Positions 31,430-41,630 of a stretch of DNA of 64,000 nucleotides are shown piece by piece. The stretch covers positions 1,056,001 through 1,120,000 of the forward strand of contig JAXHNL010000002.1 in assembly GCA_034520565.1 (NCBI GenBank), written 5' to 3'. This stretch comes from Halodesulfurarchaeum sp. Lineage in GTDB: Archaea; Halobacteriota; Halobacteria; Halobacteriales; Halobacteriaceae. The first letter of the stretch is position 1; every line of letters begins with the position of its first letter. The translations under genes were made by a program, and so were the position numbers. Under the pieces are notes generated by a model. That model saw only the letters and a program-made list of their open reading frames with translations, had not been told where the DNA came from and did not search any database.

Positions 31430-32456
31430 TTAACTGTTCCCGGGGAGGTGGACCCGTTCGACGTCGGCCACGCCGGCCCGCCTGAGGCGACGGCCACGGA
31501 TCGGGTCATGATACCCGGCGAGGTTGTCCGTGTCGCCGTCGAGGACGACCAGCCTGGCTGGTTCGCCTTCCGCGATACTGCCGCCCGGGCGGTTGGCCAC
31601 CGTCGCACCGGCTCGGGTCGCCATCTCGAGGACGGTCGGCGCGTCGACGTCACAGCACTTCGCGAGAAACTCCATTTCCCGAAACATCGAGGGACTGTTG
31701 AGCATCACGTTGTCCGTCCCGAGCGCGACGGTCGTGTACTCCAGGAGTTCCGAGACCGGCGGGAGACCCACTCCGGTGACGAGATTCGACCGGGGAGAGA
31801 CGACGATGGGGATTTCCAGGTCCGCGACCCGTTCGAGGTGCTCCCGTTCGGCGTGGACCATGTGGACGAGGTGGTCCGGTTCGAGGTCCAGCGCGGCGTC
31901 GATATCCGACCTGTCCTGCTCGCCGGCGTGAATGGCAAAGGGCTTCCGAGCGTCGGCGGCGGCCGCTCGCGCCGCGTTGAAGTCGCCGTCGTTGGTGCCG
32001 CTGGCCCCGTATCCGTCTGCCACTTCCAGCACGGCTGGGTCCTCTCGACCGAACGCCAGGGCCTCGAGGTCGAGACCGCCGGCCGCCCGCCGGAGCACCT
32101 GCGACTCCGTCGACCCTCCTTCTTGGAAATCGACGGCTGCTCGGTTCTGCTTGTTCCATGAAGGTGAGCGAGCGTTCCATTGCCGCGACCTGCTCCTCGA
32201 CGCTCGCCTCGGAAAGGAGCCGGTGTTTGAGGCCATCGGGTGGCGCGACGAGTGCTTCGAGGTCGAGGCCCCGACCGGCCTCCTTGGCGATCGAGTCGCC
32301 GACGTGGGTGTGGGCGTTGACGAACGCCGGAAACACGATGTTCTCGCTTTCGACCGCGGTTTCTTCGACGGCGGTGATCGTTTCGTCTTCGATTACAACC
32401 CGGCCCTCGATCGGGACGAATTCCGGGCCGACGAGGATCTGCCCCTCGAGGATCAT
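31430..32456 (-). CDS. Amidohydrolase family protein (deaminase-like), indels at about 32100-32155
   Basis: PAFVNAHTHVGD in one frame; IHAGE, LVHMVH, SPRSN, LGTDN in another. Confidence 0.85.
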
Positions 32457-33703
32457 CGCGTCCCACCTCGGAAGTCTGCTAGTGACGTATACCGGCCCGG
32501 CGAATCCGTTTCCGCGATGCGCCCATTCTCGATGTCGAGCCCCAGAATGGCCGCTGCAGCCTGTCCCACGGCCTCGCTCAGTTCCGCCGGCGCGTAGACG
32601 CCAAGTCGCCACTGTTCGAGCTGGACCCGCTCGAGGGCCCTGACCAGCGTCGATTGGTCAGTGAGTTCCCGGATCTCGCCGTTGACGGTCACTTTCGTCG
32701 TCGATTCTTGCATGGTCGGTGGGCCCTGGACGTCGAGTAACACCTCGTCGATGGCGACACCGGCTCGGTCGGCGATTTCGGCCTCCGTTTCCCGCACCGC
32801 CTCCGGTTCGGCCTCGAGGAGGGACGAGGCCCGGTTCTCCCCGACGTCGCCGTACTCGGCCCAGATGGCCCGTTTGTACAATCGCCGGTCGGCGAGCCGC
32901 CGGGCGAGCGGGGCCGCCCCGTCGACGTCCCTGAGTGCGACCCGAAACGCGGGATCGTCCATCCGGGCCACCTCGCCTGCGGTCGCCGCCCCGGACTCGA
33001 GCAGTCGAAACGTTGCCCGCTGAAGCATCGCTTTGCTGATCCGGGCGACGTGGTGATTGTACACGGTCGGGTTCATCAGCGCCCGGGCAACGAGCAGGCT
33101 TTCTGCGGTCTGGACGTTTCCCTCGGCCAGCGCCAGATCGCCGTCGACGAAGCGGAGCGCACGGAGCAGCCGCTCGACGTCGATCGTCCCGTATGGCACC
33201 CCGGTGTGATGGGCGTCTCGCACGAGGTAGTCCATTCGGTCGACGTCGAGTTCGTCGGCGAGAAGCTGCCCCAGCTGCTCCTCGCCCGCGATGAGCCCCG
33301 CAACTCGATCGGGGTCGACGCCGTGGTCCTCGAGGACCGACGCGATCTCGCCGTCCTCGATCAGGTGGGCAACGTCGTCGTGATACCGGTTCGTCCGGAC
33401 GGAGAGCAGCTCCTCGATGGTGTGGCTCAGTGGGGCGTGCCCGACGTCGTGGAGCAGGGCCGCAGCCCGGACGGTTCGGGCATCCAGCCCGCGGATTTCC
33501 AGGTTTTCGAGTGCCCTGGTGGCGAGTGCGTACACCCCGAGGCTGTGCTCGAAGCGGGTATGGTTCGCGGAGGGGTAGACGAGCGAGGCGGTCCCCAGCT
33601 GACTCACCCGCCTGAGCCGCTGGACCGGCGGCGTGTCGAGGAGGGCGGCCCCGACGCCCTCGACCTCGATGTGGTCGTGGACGCTGTCCTTGATGGTGAT
33701 CAT
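32453..33703 (-). CDS. HD-domain phosphohydrolase (dNTPase/SAMHD1-like family)
   Basis: [41 protein letters not shown]. Confidence 0.92.
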   Translation of the reverse strand: MITIKDSVHDHIEVEGVGAALLDTPPVQRLRRVSQLGTASLVYPSANHTRFEHSLGVYALATRALENLEIRGLDARTVRAAALLHDVGHAPLSHTIEELLSVRTNRYHDDVAHLIEDGEIASVLEDHGVDPDRVAGLIAGEEQLGQLLADELDVDRMDYLVRDAHHTGVPYGTIDVERLLRALRFVDGDLALAEGNVQTAESLLVARALMNPTVYNHHVARISKAMLQRATFRLLESGAATAGEVARMDDPAFRVALRDVDGAAPLARRLADRRLYKRAIWAEYGDVGENRASSLLEAEPEAVRETEAEIADRAGVAIDEVLLDVQGPPTMQESTTKVTVNGEIRELTDQSTLVRALERVQLEQWRLGVYAPAELSEAVGQAAAAILGLDIENGRIAETDSPGRYTSLADFRGGTR

Positions 33704-33827
33704 TACGAACGAGTTCGTCGGGTTCGCACAAAAACGTCGGGTTCCCCCGGGCTCCAGTCGGTTGTGCGGCACGGATTCGGCGGTCGCCTGCACAAGGGTT
33801 TACTCCGGGGCCGGCCTTCGGGCGTGT

Positions 33828-34817
33828 ATGCCGACGTTTCTCGCCGGCGGGACCGGGACCCCGAAACTCCTCTGGGGGACCGATCCGGTCTTTCCCCCCG
33901 AGACGGTCACCGTGGTCGCCAACACCGGCGACGACGTCGAAATCGGCGGCCTGTTCGTCTGTCCCGATCTCGATTCGGTGCTCTACGGCCGGAGCGACCG
34001 CCTCGACCGGGAGCGCTGGTGGGGCCAGGCCGGAGACACGTCGAACACCCACGACGAGCTGCTGGCCCTCACAGCGCAAATCGATCGCCCGTCGGAACCC
34101 CGGTATCTCCCGGAAGCGGCCCAGACCGTAGGCCGAGACATCGCTCGCTGGCGACGCTTCTCGGCGATCCCGGAATTCCTCCATCTCGGCGACCGGGACC
34201 GGGCCGTCCACCGCTTCCGGACGAGCCTGCTCGAGGAGGGCCTGTCCCTCACTGCCGTCACTCGCCGACTCGGGGAGGCCTTCGACCTTACCGTCGACCT
34301 CGTTCCGATGAGCGATGACCCCGTGGCGAGCATTATCCACACCCCCGACGGGCCGATGCACTTCCAGGAGTTCTGGGTGGCCCACGACGGTGAACCGACC
34401 GTCGACCGTGTCGAATTCCGTGGCGCAGCCCGGGCCAGCCCTTCGGCAGCCGCGCTTGACGCGTTGCAGAACCCGGTCGTCATCGGCCCGGCCAACCCCA
34501 TCACGAGCATCGGACCGATGTTGTGCCTGGACGGCGTTCGGGAGGCCCTCCAGGAGACGACCGTCGTCGCGGTCTCTCCCTTCATCGAAGACCGGGTATT
34601 CTCGGGACCGGCAGCGAAACTCATGCGAGCCGAAGGCTATGCGGCCTCGACCGCAGGGGTCGCGGAGGCCCTTCCGTTCGTCGACGTCTTCGTCCTCGAT
34701 TCGGCCGACGGGACCGATTTGCACGTGCCGACGGTCAGGACTGACACGGCGATCGAGACCGAGGGAGATGCGACCCGGGTCGCAAGAGCCCTCGACCGCG
34801 CCCTCGAGGTGGCGTGA
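33828..34817 (+). CDS. cofD: 2-phospho-L-lactate transferase (F420 biosynthesis)
   Basis: [42 protein letters not shown] motifs. Confidence 0.93.
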   Translation: MPTFLAGGTGTPKLLWGTDPVFPPETVTVVANTGDDVEIGGLFVCPDLDSVLYGRSDRLDRERWWGQAGDTSNTHDELLALTAQIDRPSEPRYLPEAAQTVGRDIARWRRFSAIPEFLHLGDRDRAVHRFRTSLLEEGLSLTAVTRRLGEAFDLTVDLVPMSDDPVASIIHTPDGPMHFQEFWVAHDGEPTVDRVEFRGAARASPSAAALDALQNPVVIGPANPITSIGPMLCLDGVREALQETTVVAVSPFIEDRVFSGPAAKLMRAEGYAASTAGVAEALPFVDVFVLDSADGTDLHVPTVRTDTAIETEGDATRVARALDRALEVA

Positions 34818-35554
34818 TGTTCCAGCCACGGCTCGCGCTGGCGAGCCTGAGCGGCGAATCGGACGCCCAGTGGGCAATCGACGCCGAGCAGTGGGCCGGT
34901 ATGGCCCTCCTGGGCGGACTCGCCCTCGATGCGGAAACGCGGGATGCGGCGCGACGGATGGTGGCAAACCGGGATCGGTCGGAGTTTTTGCCCCAGGACC
35001 CCTTCGCGTTCATGGCGGACCAGCTTGGGCGACTGGCCGAGCACGACGTGAAAGCCGGGTTCAACGTCAGGGCGGCCGGGACAGATCCGATTCGTCGAGC
35101 GGCCGAAATCTGTACCGGTCTCGACGCAGTCCTGGAGATCAACGCCCACTGTCGGCAGCAAGAGATGACCGGCCTCGGGGCTGGACAGTCGTTGCTCCGT
35201 GAGCCAGCGAGACTCGCCGAGCAGGTCCGGATCGCGGCCGAAGCGGGTGCGACCGTGAGCGTCAAGGTCCGGGCCGAGGTTCCGGACGTCGATTTACCGG
35301 CCGTCTGTCGGGTCCTCGACTCGGCGGGGACCGATATCATTCACGTCGACGCGATGGATTCCGAATCGATCGTCGGGGAGATCGTCGAAGGGACCGACGC
35401 CTTCGTGATCGCCAACAACGGGGTTCGAGATCGGGAAACGGTCCGTGAGTATCTGGAGTACGGGGCAGACGCGGTCAGCGTGGGACGCCCGAGCGACGAT
35501 CCGCGGGTGCTAAAGCGCGTCCACGAGGCGGTGAGGGACTGGGAACTCGACTGA
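34817..35554 (+). CDS. Dihydrouridine-synthase-like FMN TIM-barrel protein
   Basis: LASLSG, EINAHCRQ, SVKVR, HVDAM, IANNGV, GADAVSVGR; coupled to cofD by a TGATG overlap. Confidence 0.8.
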   Translation: MFQPRLALASLSGESDAQWAIDAEQWAGMALLGGLALDAETRDAARRMVANRDRSEFLPQDPFAFMADQLGRLAEHDVKAGFNVRAAGTDPIRRAAEICTGLDAVLEINAHCRQQEMTGLGAGQSLLREPARLAEQVRIAAEAGATVSVKVRAEVPDVDLPAVCRVLDSAGTDIIHVDAMDSESIVGEIVEGTDAFVIANNGVRDRETVREYLEYGADAVSVGRPSDDPRVLKRVHEAVRDWELD

Positions 35555-35657
35555 CCGGCAAGCACTCGACTGACTTCCGGGATCCGGCTTTGCGAACGCT
35601 ACCCAGGCCTCGAGCCGGAACGAATGGTTTTAACACGACCGGCCGGTACACCCGTCC

Positions 35658-35837
35658 ATGGCCATCAAGCCCGACTACGTCAAGAAGACCGGGAAGATCC
35701 TCATGGAGCGCTATCCGCAGGCGTTCCAGGCGGAGAACTTCGAGCACAACAAGGAAAGTGTCACTGAACTGACGAACATCGAATCGAAGGGCGTCCGCAA
35801 CCGGATCGCCGGCTACGTGACACACAAGCTCAACTGA
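35658..35837 (+). CDS. rps17e: 30S ribosomal protein S17e (59 aa, absent from the ORF track)
   Basis: Manual translation MAIKPDYVKKTGKILMERYPQAFQAENFEHNKESVTELTNIESKGVRNRIAGYVTHKLN; SKxxRNRIAGYVT is the S17e signature. Confidence 0.95.
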   Translation: MAIKPDYVKKTGKILMERYPQAFQAENFEHNKESVTELTNIESKGVRNRIAGYVTHKLN

Positions 35838-35954
35838 TCCGCTCGGATCCCGGCCCGAGGGGGTTTTGACGCGTTTTGCAACCCGGTTAGCGCTCACCCA
35901 GCCACAACAGCCGCTTATCAGAAGGGCTTAGGGCGCGCATCTCGAATCCCGGCT

Positions 35955-36986
35955 ATGATTCAGGTCGGCATTCTCGGCGCCACGGGCGCCGTCGGACAGC
36001 GTTTCGTTCAGCTCCTCACGGATCACCCCGAATTCGAGATTCGAGCCCTGACAGCCAGTGCGGACAGCGCCGGCGATCCCTACCGATCGGCCGCCAAGTG
36101 GCGTGTCGACACGCCGATTCCGGCGTCCGTTGCCGACCGAACCGTCACCCGGACCGCTCCCGACGCGATCCCGGACGACGTGGACCTGCTGTTTTCCTCG
36201 CTTCCCTCGGGCGTCGCCGCCGAGGTCGAATCGGACTTCCTCGAGGCCGGCTACGTGGTCTCCTCGAACTCCTCGAACGAACGGGAGGCCGAGGACGTCC
36301 CGCTCGTCATCCCGGAGGTCAACCCGGAGCACCTCTCGCTGCTCGACACCCAGCAGGATCGTCGCGGCTGGGACGGGGCCCTGGTCAAGAACCCGAACTG
36401 CTCGACGATCACGATGGTCCCGCCGCTTGCCGCCCTCGCTCAGTTCGACATCGAACGGGTGCACGTCGCGACCCTCCAGGCCGTCTCGGGGGCCGGCTAC
36501 TCCGGGGTCTCCTCGATGGACATCATCGACAACGCGATCCCGCACATCGGCGGCGAAGAGGAGAAGATGGAACACGAGTCCCGGAAACTGCTCGGAAGCT
36601 ACGAGGACGGGGACATCGAGTGGCACGGGGCCGAAGTGACCGCCTCGTGTAACCGCATTCCGACGATCGACGGCCACCTCGAGAACGTCTTCGTCGAGTT
36701 CGGCACCGATCCGACCGTGGCGGAGATCGAGTCGGCGTTCGAGTCGGCCGAATCTGCGGACCTTCCCTCCGCGCCGGACCCGCTCATCGAGGTCTTCTCG
36801 GAGCCGGATCGCCCCCAGCCCCGCCTCGATCGCATGGTCGGGGGCGGGATGGGGATCGCCGTCGGCGGGATTCAGGAGACCGCCACCGGCATCCAGTTCA
36901 ACGCCCTCGCGCACAACACGATCCGCGGGGCCGCGGGCGCGAGTATTTTGAACGGGGAGTTGTTGGCCGCAGAAGGGTGGCTGTAG
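35955..36986 (+). CDS. asd: Aspartate-semialdehyde dehydrogenase
   Basis: GILGATGAVGQ, PEVN, NPNCST, QAVSGAG, HNTIRGAAG. Confidence 0.96.
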   Translation: MIQVGILGATGAVGQRFVQLLTDHPEFEIRALTASADSAGDPYRSAAKWRVDTPIPASVADRTVTRTAPDAIPDDVDLLFSSLPSGVAAEVESDFLEAGYVVSSNSSNEREAEDVPLVIPEVNPEHLSLLDTQQDRRGWDGALVKNPNCSTITMVPPLAALAQFDIERVHVATLQAVSGAGYSGVSSMDIIDNAIPHIGGEEEKMEHESRKLLGSYEDGDIEWHGAEVTASCNRIPTIDGHLENVFVEFGTDPTVAEIESAFESAESADLPSAPDPLIEVFSEPDRPQPRLDRMVGGGMGIAVGGIQETATGIQFNALAHNTIRGAAGASILNGELLAAEGWL

Positions 36987-37032
36987 GCACGATATTCGCT
37001 CGATCTGCCCGTATCGAATCGACCCCGAAGCC

Positions 37033-37992
37033 TTACTGCACTTGGTTTTCGAGGTCTTCGAAGGATCCTGTTTCCCGCGCTCGATCGAAGTTCTCGGCGA
37101 GGATGTCCGCCCGGCGCTCCCAGTAGTTCGGCGTGAAGCCCGCGTGATGTGGCGTCAGGAGGACGTTGTCCATCCCCCAGAGGACGTGATCCTGGGGTAG
37201 TGGCTCGGGATCGGTCACGTCGAGTACGGCGCCGCGGATGCCGTTTTTCTGCAGTTCGGAGACGAGTGCCTCGGTCTCGACGATCGGACCGCGGGCGATG
37301 TTTACGAGCACCGCCTCAGGAAGCATCGTCGACAGGGCCTCGGCATCGATGAGCCCTGCCGTGGTGTCCGTGAGCGGGGTGGCGACCACGACGTACTCGC
37401 TTCGGGCCAGGGCATCGTCGAAGGATTCGCCCTCGAGCCCGCCGATCTCGTCTGCCTTCCCGCCTTTTTCGGGGCTGTAGCGGAGGCCGATCGTGTGCAC
37501 GCCGAAGGGTTCGAGCCGGTCGAGGACGGCCTGCCCGATGGCACCCATTCCCAGGACCGTGACCGTGCTCCCCTGCAGTTCGTGCGTCTCGAAGGACCGC
37601 CACTCCCGACGCTCCTTCTGCCGCCACGCCCGCGGAAAGCCCCGTGCGAACGCGAGGATGCCGCCGAGAACGTACTCGGCGATGTTCGGGCCGTGGACGC
37701 CCGATCCGTTGGTGACCCGAATGCCCCGGTCCGCGAGTGCCTCGAGTGGAAGGTGCTCGGTCCCGGAATACGTGCAGGCGAACAGCTCGAGGGCGGGTGC
37801 GTTCTCGAGATCCTCGGGGTCGATGTTCGTCCCGGCCGCGACCGTCGCCGAAGCGAGTAGCTTACGCTCCTCGGCCGGTGTTCGTGCGACCCGGATTTCG
37901 GCGTCGGGCAGTCGGGATTTGATGGCGTCCGCGTACCCCTCGGCGTCGAGTCCCTGGAGTTGCTGTCTGAGGACGGCGATGTCGACAGTCAC
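37033..37992 (-). CDS. D-2-hydroxyacid dehydrogenase
   Basis: VLGMGAIG, PLTDTT, VNIARG, LDVTDPEPLP, LTPH. Confidence 0.92.
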   Translation of the reverse strand: MTVDIAVLRQQLQGLDAEGYADAIKSRLPDAEIRVARTPAEERKLLASATVAAGTNIDPEDLENAPALELFACTYSGTEHLPLEALADRGIRVTNGSGVHGPNIAEYVLGGILAFARGFPRAWRQKERREWRSFETHELQGSTVTVLGMGAIGQAVLDRLEPFGVHTIGLRYSPEKGGKADEIGGLEGESFDDALARSEYVVVATPLTDTTAGLIDAEALSTMLPEAVLVNIARGPIVETEALVSELQKNGIRGAVLDVTDPEPLPQDHVLWGMDNVLLTPHHAGFTPNYWERRADILAENFDRARETGSFEDLENQVQ

Positions 37993-38068
37993 GGCTCCTC
38001 GTACGACGAGGACGATTATGAAACCCGGTTTTCCGCGGACAGCCTTTTGGGCACTCCCGGCCTAATTC

Positions 38069-38228
38069 CTGTTGCGTGCCGCAGTCCCCACCCGAGCCCG
38101 CCCATCAGGGCGCGATGACCGGTGGAGAACCCCGGCACGCGATAGACACGCCCGGCACGAGGGTTACCCGGCCGACGCGGCACGCCGCCAGGGATGACGT
38201 CGGGAGTTAGTGTTCCGGGCGAACACGT
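38069..38228 (+). ncRNA. Double-hairpin box H/ACA pseudouridylation guide RNA
   Basis: Hairpin 1 basal stem ctgttgcgtgccg/cggcacgcgatag then ACA (38146-48); hairpin 2 gcccgg/ccgggc then ACA (38223-25). Each has CCGA...GATGA K-turn boxes. The hairpin 2 pocket GAGGGTTA/AGTTA is complementary to 23S helix 69 (recalled as UAACUAUGACCCUC). Confidence 0.8.
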
Positions 38229-38230
38229 AC

Positions 38231-38400
38231 CTTTTACTGCGCTCGTTCGCGTCGCTCACTCGCTGGTAAAAGCTACGCCAAAAGCACTCCTCTCTCCAGC
38301 GCGCCTTCGGCGCTTAGTCGCTCGTCGGCCTCGCGCTCACGTTCGTTCGCGTGAGTGGACCGGCGACCGACCGGGTCCTTCGGACCACTCGGTCGCCGGA
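38231..38400. repeat. Palindromic intergenic element with TTC/GAA-triloop hairpins
   Basis: ttttac...gtaaaagct, ccaaaagcac, gcgcc-ttc-ggcgc, ccggcgaccga..ggtcc-ttc-ggacc..tcggtcgccgg; same layout as 21140-21350. Confidence 0.65.
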
Positions 38401-38528
38401 TGCTCGGCCTGTCGCTTGTTCACTTCCACCGAGCCTCCCACGCTCTCGGGAACGCACGGTCGCTGGATGTTCGAATGGTGGCCGTGATTTGCCGCCCACC
38501 CCCTCGTGAACTCACAAGCCCAGCCTTC

Positions 38529-39766
38529 TCAATCACCGAAGAGGTCCGTCTCGTACTCCTCGCTCGTGTCCCTGACCAGCCGGCCGCGTCCGTCGTGGGC
38601 CGACAGGTCTCCCTCCTGGAGGGCGTCGTTTGCCGCTTCGATCGTCTCGGGAGTCACTTTCTCGGTGACCTCGAACTCCTCGACGGGATTGATAACCCCC
38701 CAGACGGCCCCGGTTGCGTGTAGAATCACGGCCACGGGCGTCAACAGGAGCAGGACCGGCCAGAGAAGCGGGTGTTTCCGGTAGGTAACCGCGCTGAAAA
38801 GCGTGTACACGAACAGGATTCCCAGGAGCCCCGTCGAGATGAGTCCGTACAGTTCGATTCCCGGGGCGCTTCCGGGGAGGAGAAACGAGGCGACGATCAG
38901 GAGCGGGACGAAGGGCGAAAAGGCCCAGGCGACTACCCGGGTCAGGTACAGCGGTCGGTAGTGCAGGGGAAGCAGGTGATCGTCCCCAATGGTCCCGGAC
39001 ATCCAGCGTCGGCGCTGTTTGAGAATCGATTTGACCGAGGGCGGGGCCTGATTGCGGAACCTGGCGTTTACGAGCTGGAAGTCGAGGTCATAGGCGTCGG
39101 CGGCCCGCCAGATCAGGTTCGTGTCTTCCGTGATCGTGGCGACGTTCCACCCGAGTTCTTCCTCGATCTCGCGACGAATGGCAAAGCCCCCGCCCCACGC
39201 GTAGAGCGGGTACCGGAGGCGGTGAAATCCCAGCTGCTCGAACTGGTACCCGGTCCGGAAGATCTCGGCGAGGTAGGTCAGCCGTGAGCCGGTGTAGATC
39301 GGCTTTTCGGTGAACTGGACGAAATCGGCGTCCGGAAGGCCGGTGAGATCGGTGACGATCGTGTCCTCGTCGAGATAGAGCACGTACGCTTTCTCACACG
39401 CGACGTTTCGCCGGGCCCACTCGACCGCCCGACCCTTGTTCGTCGCCTCGCACTCGAAGGCCTCGGGAACAACGTGGACGGTCGCCCCCTCGACGGCGAT
39501 CTCTCGCTCGGCGATCACGCGCACGTCGTCGATCCCGTCCGGAAGTGCGTCGACGGTCGACTGGACGACCCGCTCGGCGTCGATGGTGAGGACACGTACC
39601 TGGATCTCATCGAGCCCCACTCCTCCCGGTCGTCGGGTCGCCACCCTCTGGAGAGCAGGAACGTTTCGAGGAGCCACCAGATCGATGAAAACCCATAGAC
39701 CGCCAGTGCCGCCCAGAGGAAGAGGGCGATAACGGTCTGGGGCGTCGTAATCGCTGCCACACCCAC
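38529..39766 (-). CDS. Membrane glycosyltransferase family 2, frameshift in a G run at about 39616
   Basis: NKGRA, YLDED (DxD), TEDT, QRRRW motifs and C-terminal TM helices; adding one G (EEWG-LDEIQV) joins the N-terminal TM helix. Confidence 0.85.
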
Positions 39767-39806
39767 TATCAGCGATTTCGGCAAAAAAACAGTTGGGGAT
39801 CTAGAA

Positions 39807-40406
39807 TCAGATGCCCAGCCACTCGTCGGAGCGAATCTCGTATCCCTCCTCCCGACAGAAGTCTGCGGCCCGTCGACGGACGTCCCTCGACCCCGGCAAC
39901 TCCCCGTTCTCGTGGAGTTCCTCGATGATCCACTCCCGGACGACTGCGATGCCCTGATCCTCGTCGACTGCGTCGATTGCCTCCAGTTCGAGGAACGTCT
40001 TCTCGTAGGTCTCCCGCTTTGATCCTCCCAAATCTGCCCGCCGGAACCCTTCGGATTCCTCGATGATTCGTTTGATCGCCTTGGCGACCGTCGGGCGCTC
40101 GATTTGGGTCCGGACCCGCGTCGGATCCGCAAAGGTCTCCGCCTCGGTCGCCGGGAGGAGTTCGGCGACGCTGTAGGTTTCCTCGATGCCGTCGAGTTTC
40201 TGATGCCCCATTTCCGAGACGATTTCCGTTCCCGTGGCGGGGAATGCGAGTTCCTCGAGTTGGGTTTCGAAACGGGCGAGTTCTCCCTCGTCGAAGACCG
40301 GCTCGAGTTCGTCCATCCGCTCCAGTTCCGCGGCCATCGCCCGCTCGCGCTGGCGTCGATCCGCGTTTCTGGCCTGCTTCTCGCGGCCCCGTTTGTCGTC
40401 GGGCAT
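39807..40406 (-). CDS. Conserved haloarchaeal hypothetical protein (DUF5789-like N-terminal part)
   Basis: MPDDKRGREKQA start, LEELAFPATGTEIV motif; acidic composition. Confidence 0.7.
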   Translation of the reverse strand: MPDDKRGREKQARNADRRQRERAMAAELERMDELEPVFDEGELARFETQLEELAFPATGTEIVSEMGHQKLDGIEETYSVAELLPATEAETFADPTRVRTQIERPTVAKAIKRIIEESEGFRRADLGGSKRETYEKTFLELEAIDAVDEDQGIAVVREWIIEELHENGELPGSRDVRRRAADFCREEGYEIRSDEWLGI

Positions 40407-40482
40407 AGGCGGTCATTGGGGCTCCGGGAGGATAGACCTATGGGAGGCGGTTCCGAGTCCTGCGCCCGCGGAGGTGAACACG

Positions 40483-40818
40483 TTACAGGACCAGCCACCG
40501 GAGTACCCACAGCGATCCCATGCCGGCGACGAGCGTGTAGAGGACGTTTTCCGTCCGCCACGCGACGGTCGCCGCGGCACCGCCGGCGAGCAGTTTGTCG
40601 AGTTCCGGATTGCCACTCGCGCCCACCGTCACGAAGGCGGGAAACACCAGTCCGGCGAGGACCGCCGCCGGAACGTATCGCAACAGGGTCCGGATGCGGG
40701 GCGGGATCTCGTCGACCCGACTGAAAACCGCGATGAACGAGACCCGGATGGCGAAGGTGAGCAGGCCGATGGCGACGATCGCGACCCAGATCAGTGTGGG
40801 GGCGTAACTCGTCGTCAT
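40483..40818 (-). CDS. azlD: AzlD family branched-chain amino acid export protein
   Basis: TFAIRVSF, LRYVPAAVLAGL; ATGA-coupled to azlC. Confidence 0.88.
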   Translation of the reverse strand: MTTSYAPTLIWVAIVAIGLLTFAIRVSFIAVFSRVDEIPPRIRTLLRYVPAAVLAGLVFPAFVTVGASGNPELDKLLAGGAAATVAWRTENVLYTLVAGMGSLWVLRWLVL

Positions 40819-41492
40819 GCCATCACCCGTTCGGCCGTGGCCCCGGCCACGATGCCAAGCGTCGCACCAACCGGAAGCCCGAGATTGAGCGGCAAGCCGG
40901 TCCCGAGCACGGCGCCGGTCCCGCCGACTGCGGCAGCGACGAGCGTCGTCCGGTCCTCGACGGCCGGGACCAGCAACGCGAGAAAGACGAGCGGGACGGT
41001 GAATTCGAGCCCCCACGCGGGGGGCACGCTCGCCCCGAGGACGACGCCGGCGACGGTCGTGAGTTGCCAGACGATCCAGATCGGCGCGGCCACGCCCAAA
41101 TAGTACGATCGGCGGTCGACCGGCTCTGCCATTTCGAAGCGGGCGATCGAGAGCGCGTAGGCCTGATCGGTGAGGACGTAGGCGAGCCCGGCCTTCCACT
41201 TCGCGGCGAAGTCCCGGAAGTGCGGGGCGATCGAAGCCGAGTACATGAGCATCCGGAGGTTGATGACAGCAGCGGTGACGATGACGACGACCAGCGGGGC
41301 GTCGGTTCTGATGAGTTCGAGGGCGGCCAACTGTGCCGCGCCCGCGAAGACGATCACGGACATTCCAACTGCGAGGACGAGATCGAGGCCGGCGTTGGCT
41401 GCGGCGACCCCGGTGACGAGGCCGAACGGGGCGATTCCGAGGAGCAACGGGGCGACGTCCCTGACGCCGCGACGGAGGGCTGCAGCGTGCAT
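40815..41492 (-). CDS. azlC: AzlC family permease
   Basis: MSVIVFAGAAQ, NLRMLMYS, LTDQAYA motifs. Confidence 0.9.
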   Translation of the reverse strand: MHAAALRRGVRDVAPLLLGIAPFGLVTGVAAANAGLDLVLAVGMSVIVFAGAAQLAALELIRTDAPLVVVIVTAAVINLRMLMYSASIAPHFRDFAAKWKAGLAYVLTDQAYALSIARFEMAEPVDRRSYYLGVAAPIWIVWQLTTVAGVVLGASVPPAWGLEFTVPLVFLALLVPAVEDRTTLVAAAVGGTGAVLGTGLPLNLGLPVGATLGIVAGATAERVMA

Positions 41493-41630
41493 TCGGTGGT
41501 GTCCGCAGGGAATCAGTCGGCGCAGTTAAAAACGCTGATCCGCTGGTCGGGATTCCCGGCCCGCTGTTCCGGTTCAATTTCGGTTTGATGCTCCAACAGA
41601 CATTGATACGTGTGGCTCCTCTTTTCGTGT

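Noticed and set aside
32658-34967. Very long alternative-frame or antisense ORFs (also 4736..6367, 45927..48023, 61347..63065)
   Set aside because: Shadow ORFs expected from high GC and strong codon bias; they overlap well-supported genes and lack recognisable motifs.
38069-38228. SRP RNA, RNase P RNA or a riboswitch
   Set aside because: Lacks the SRP helix 8 and RNase P GAGGAAAGUCC signatures and is too short; the two-hairpin K-turn/ACA layout fits an H/ACA guide.
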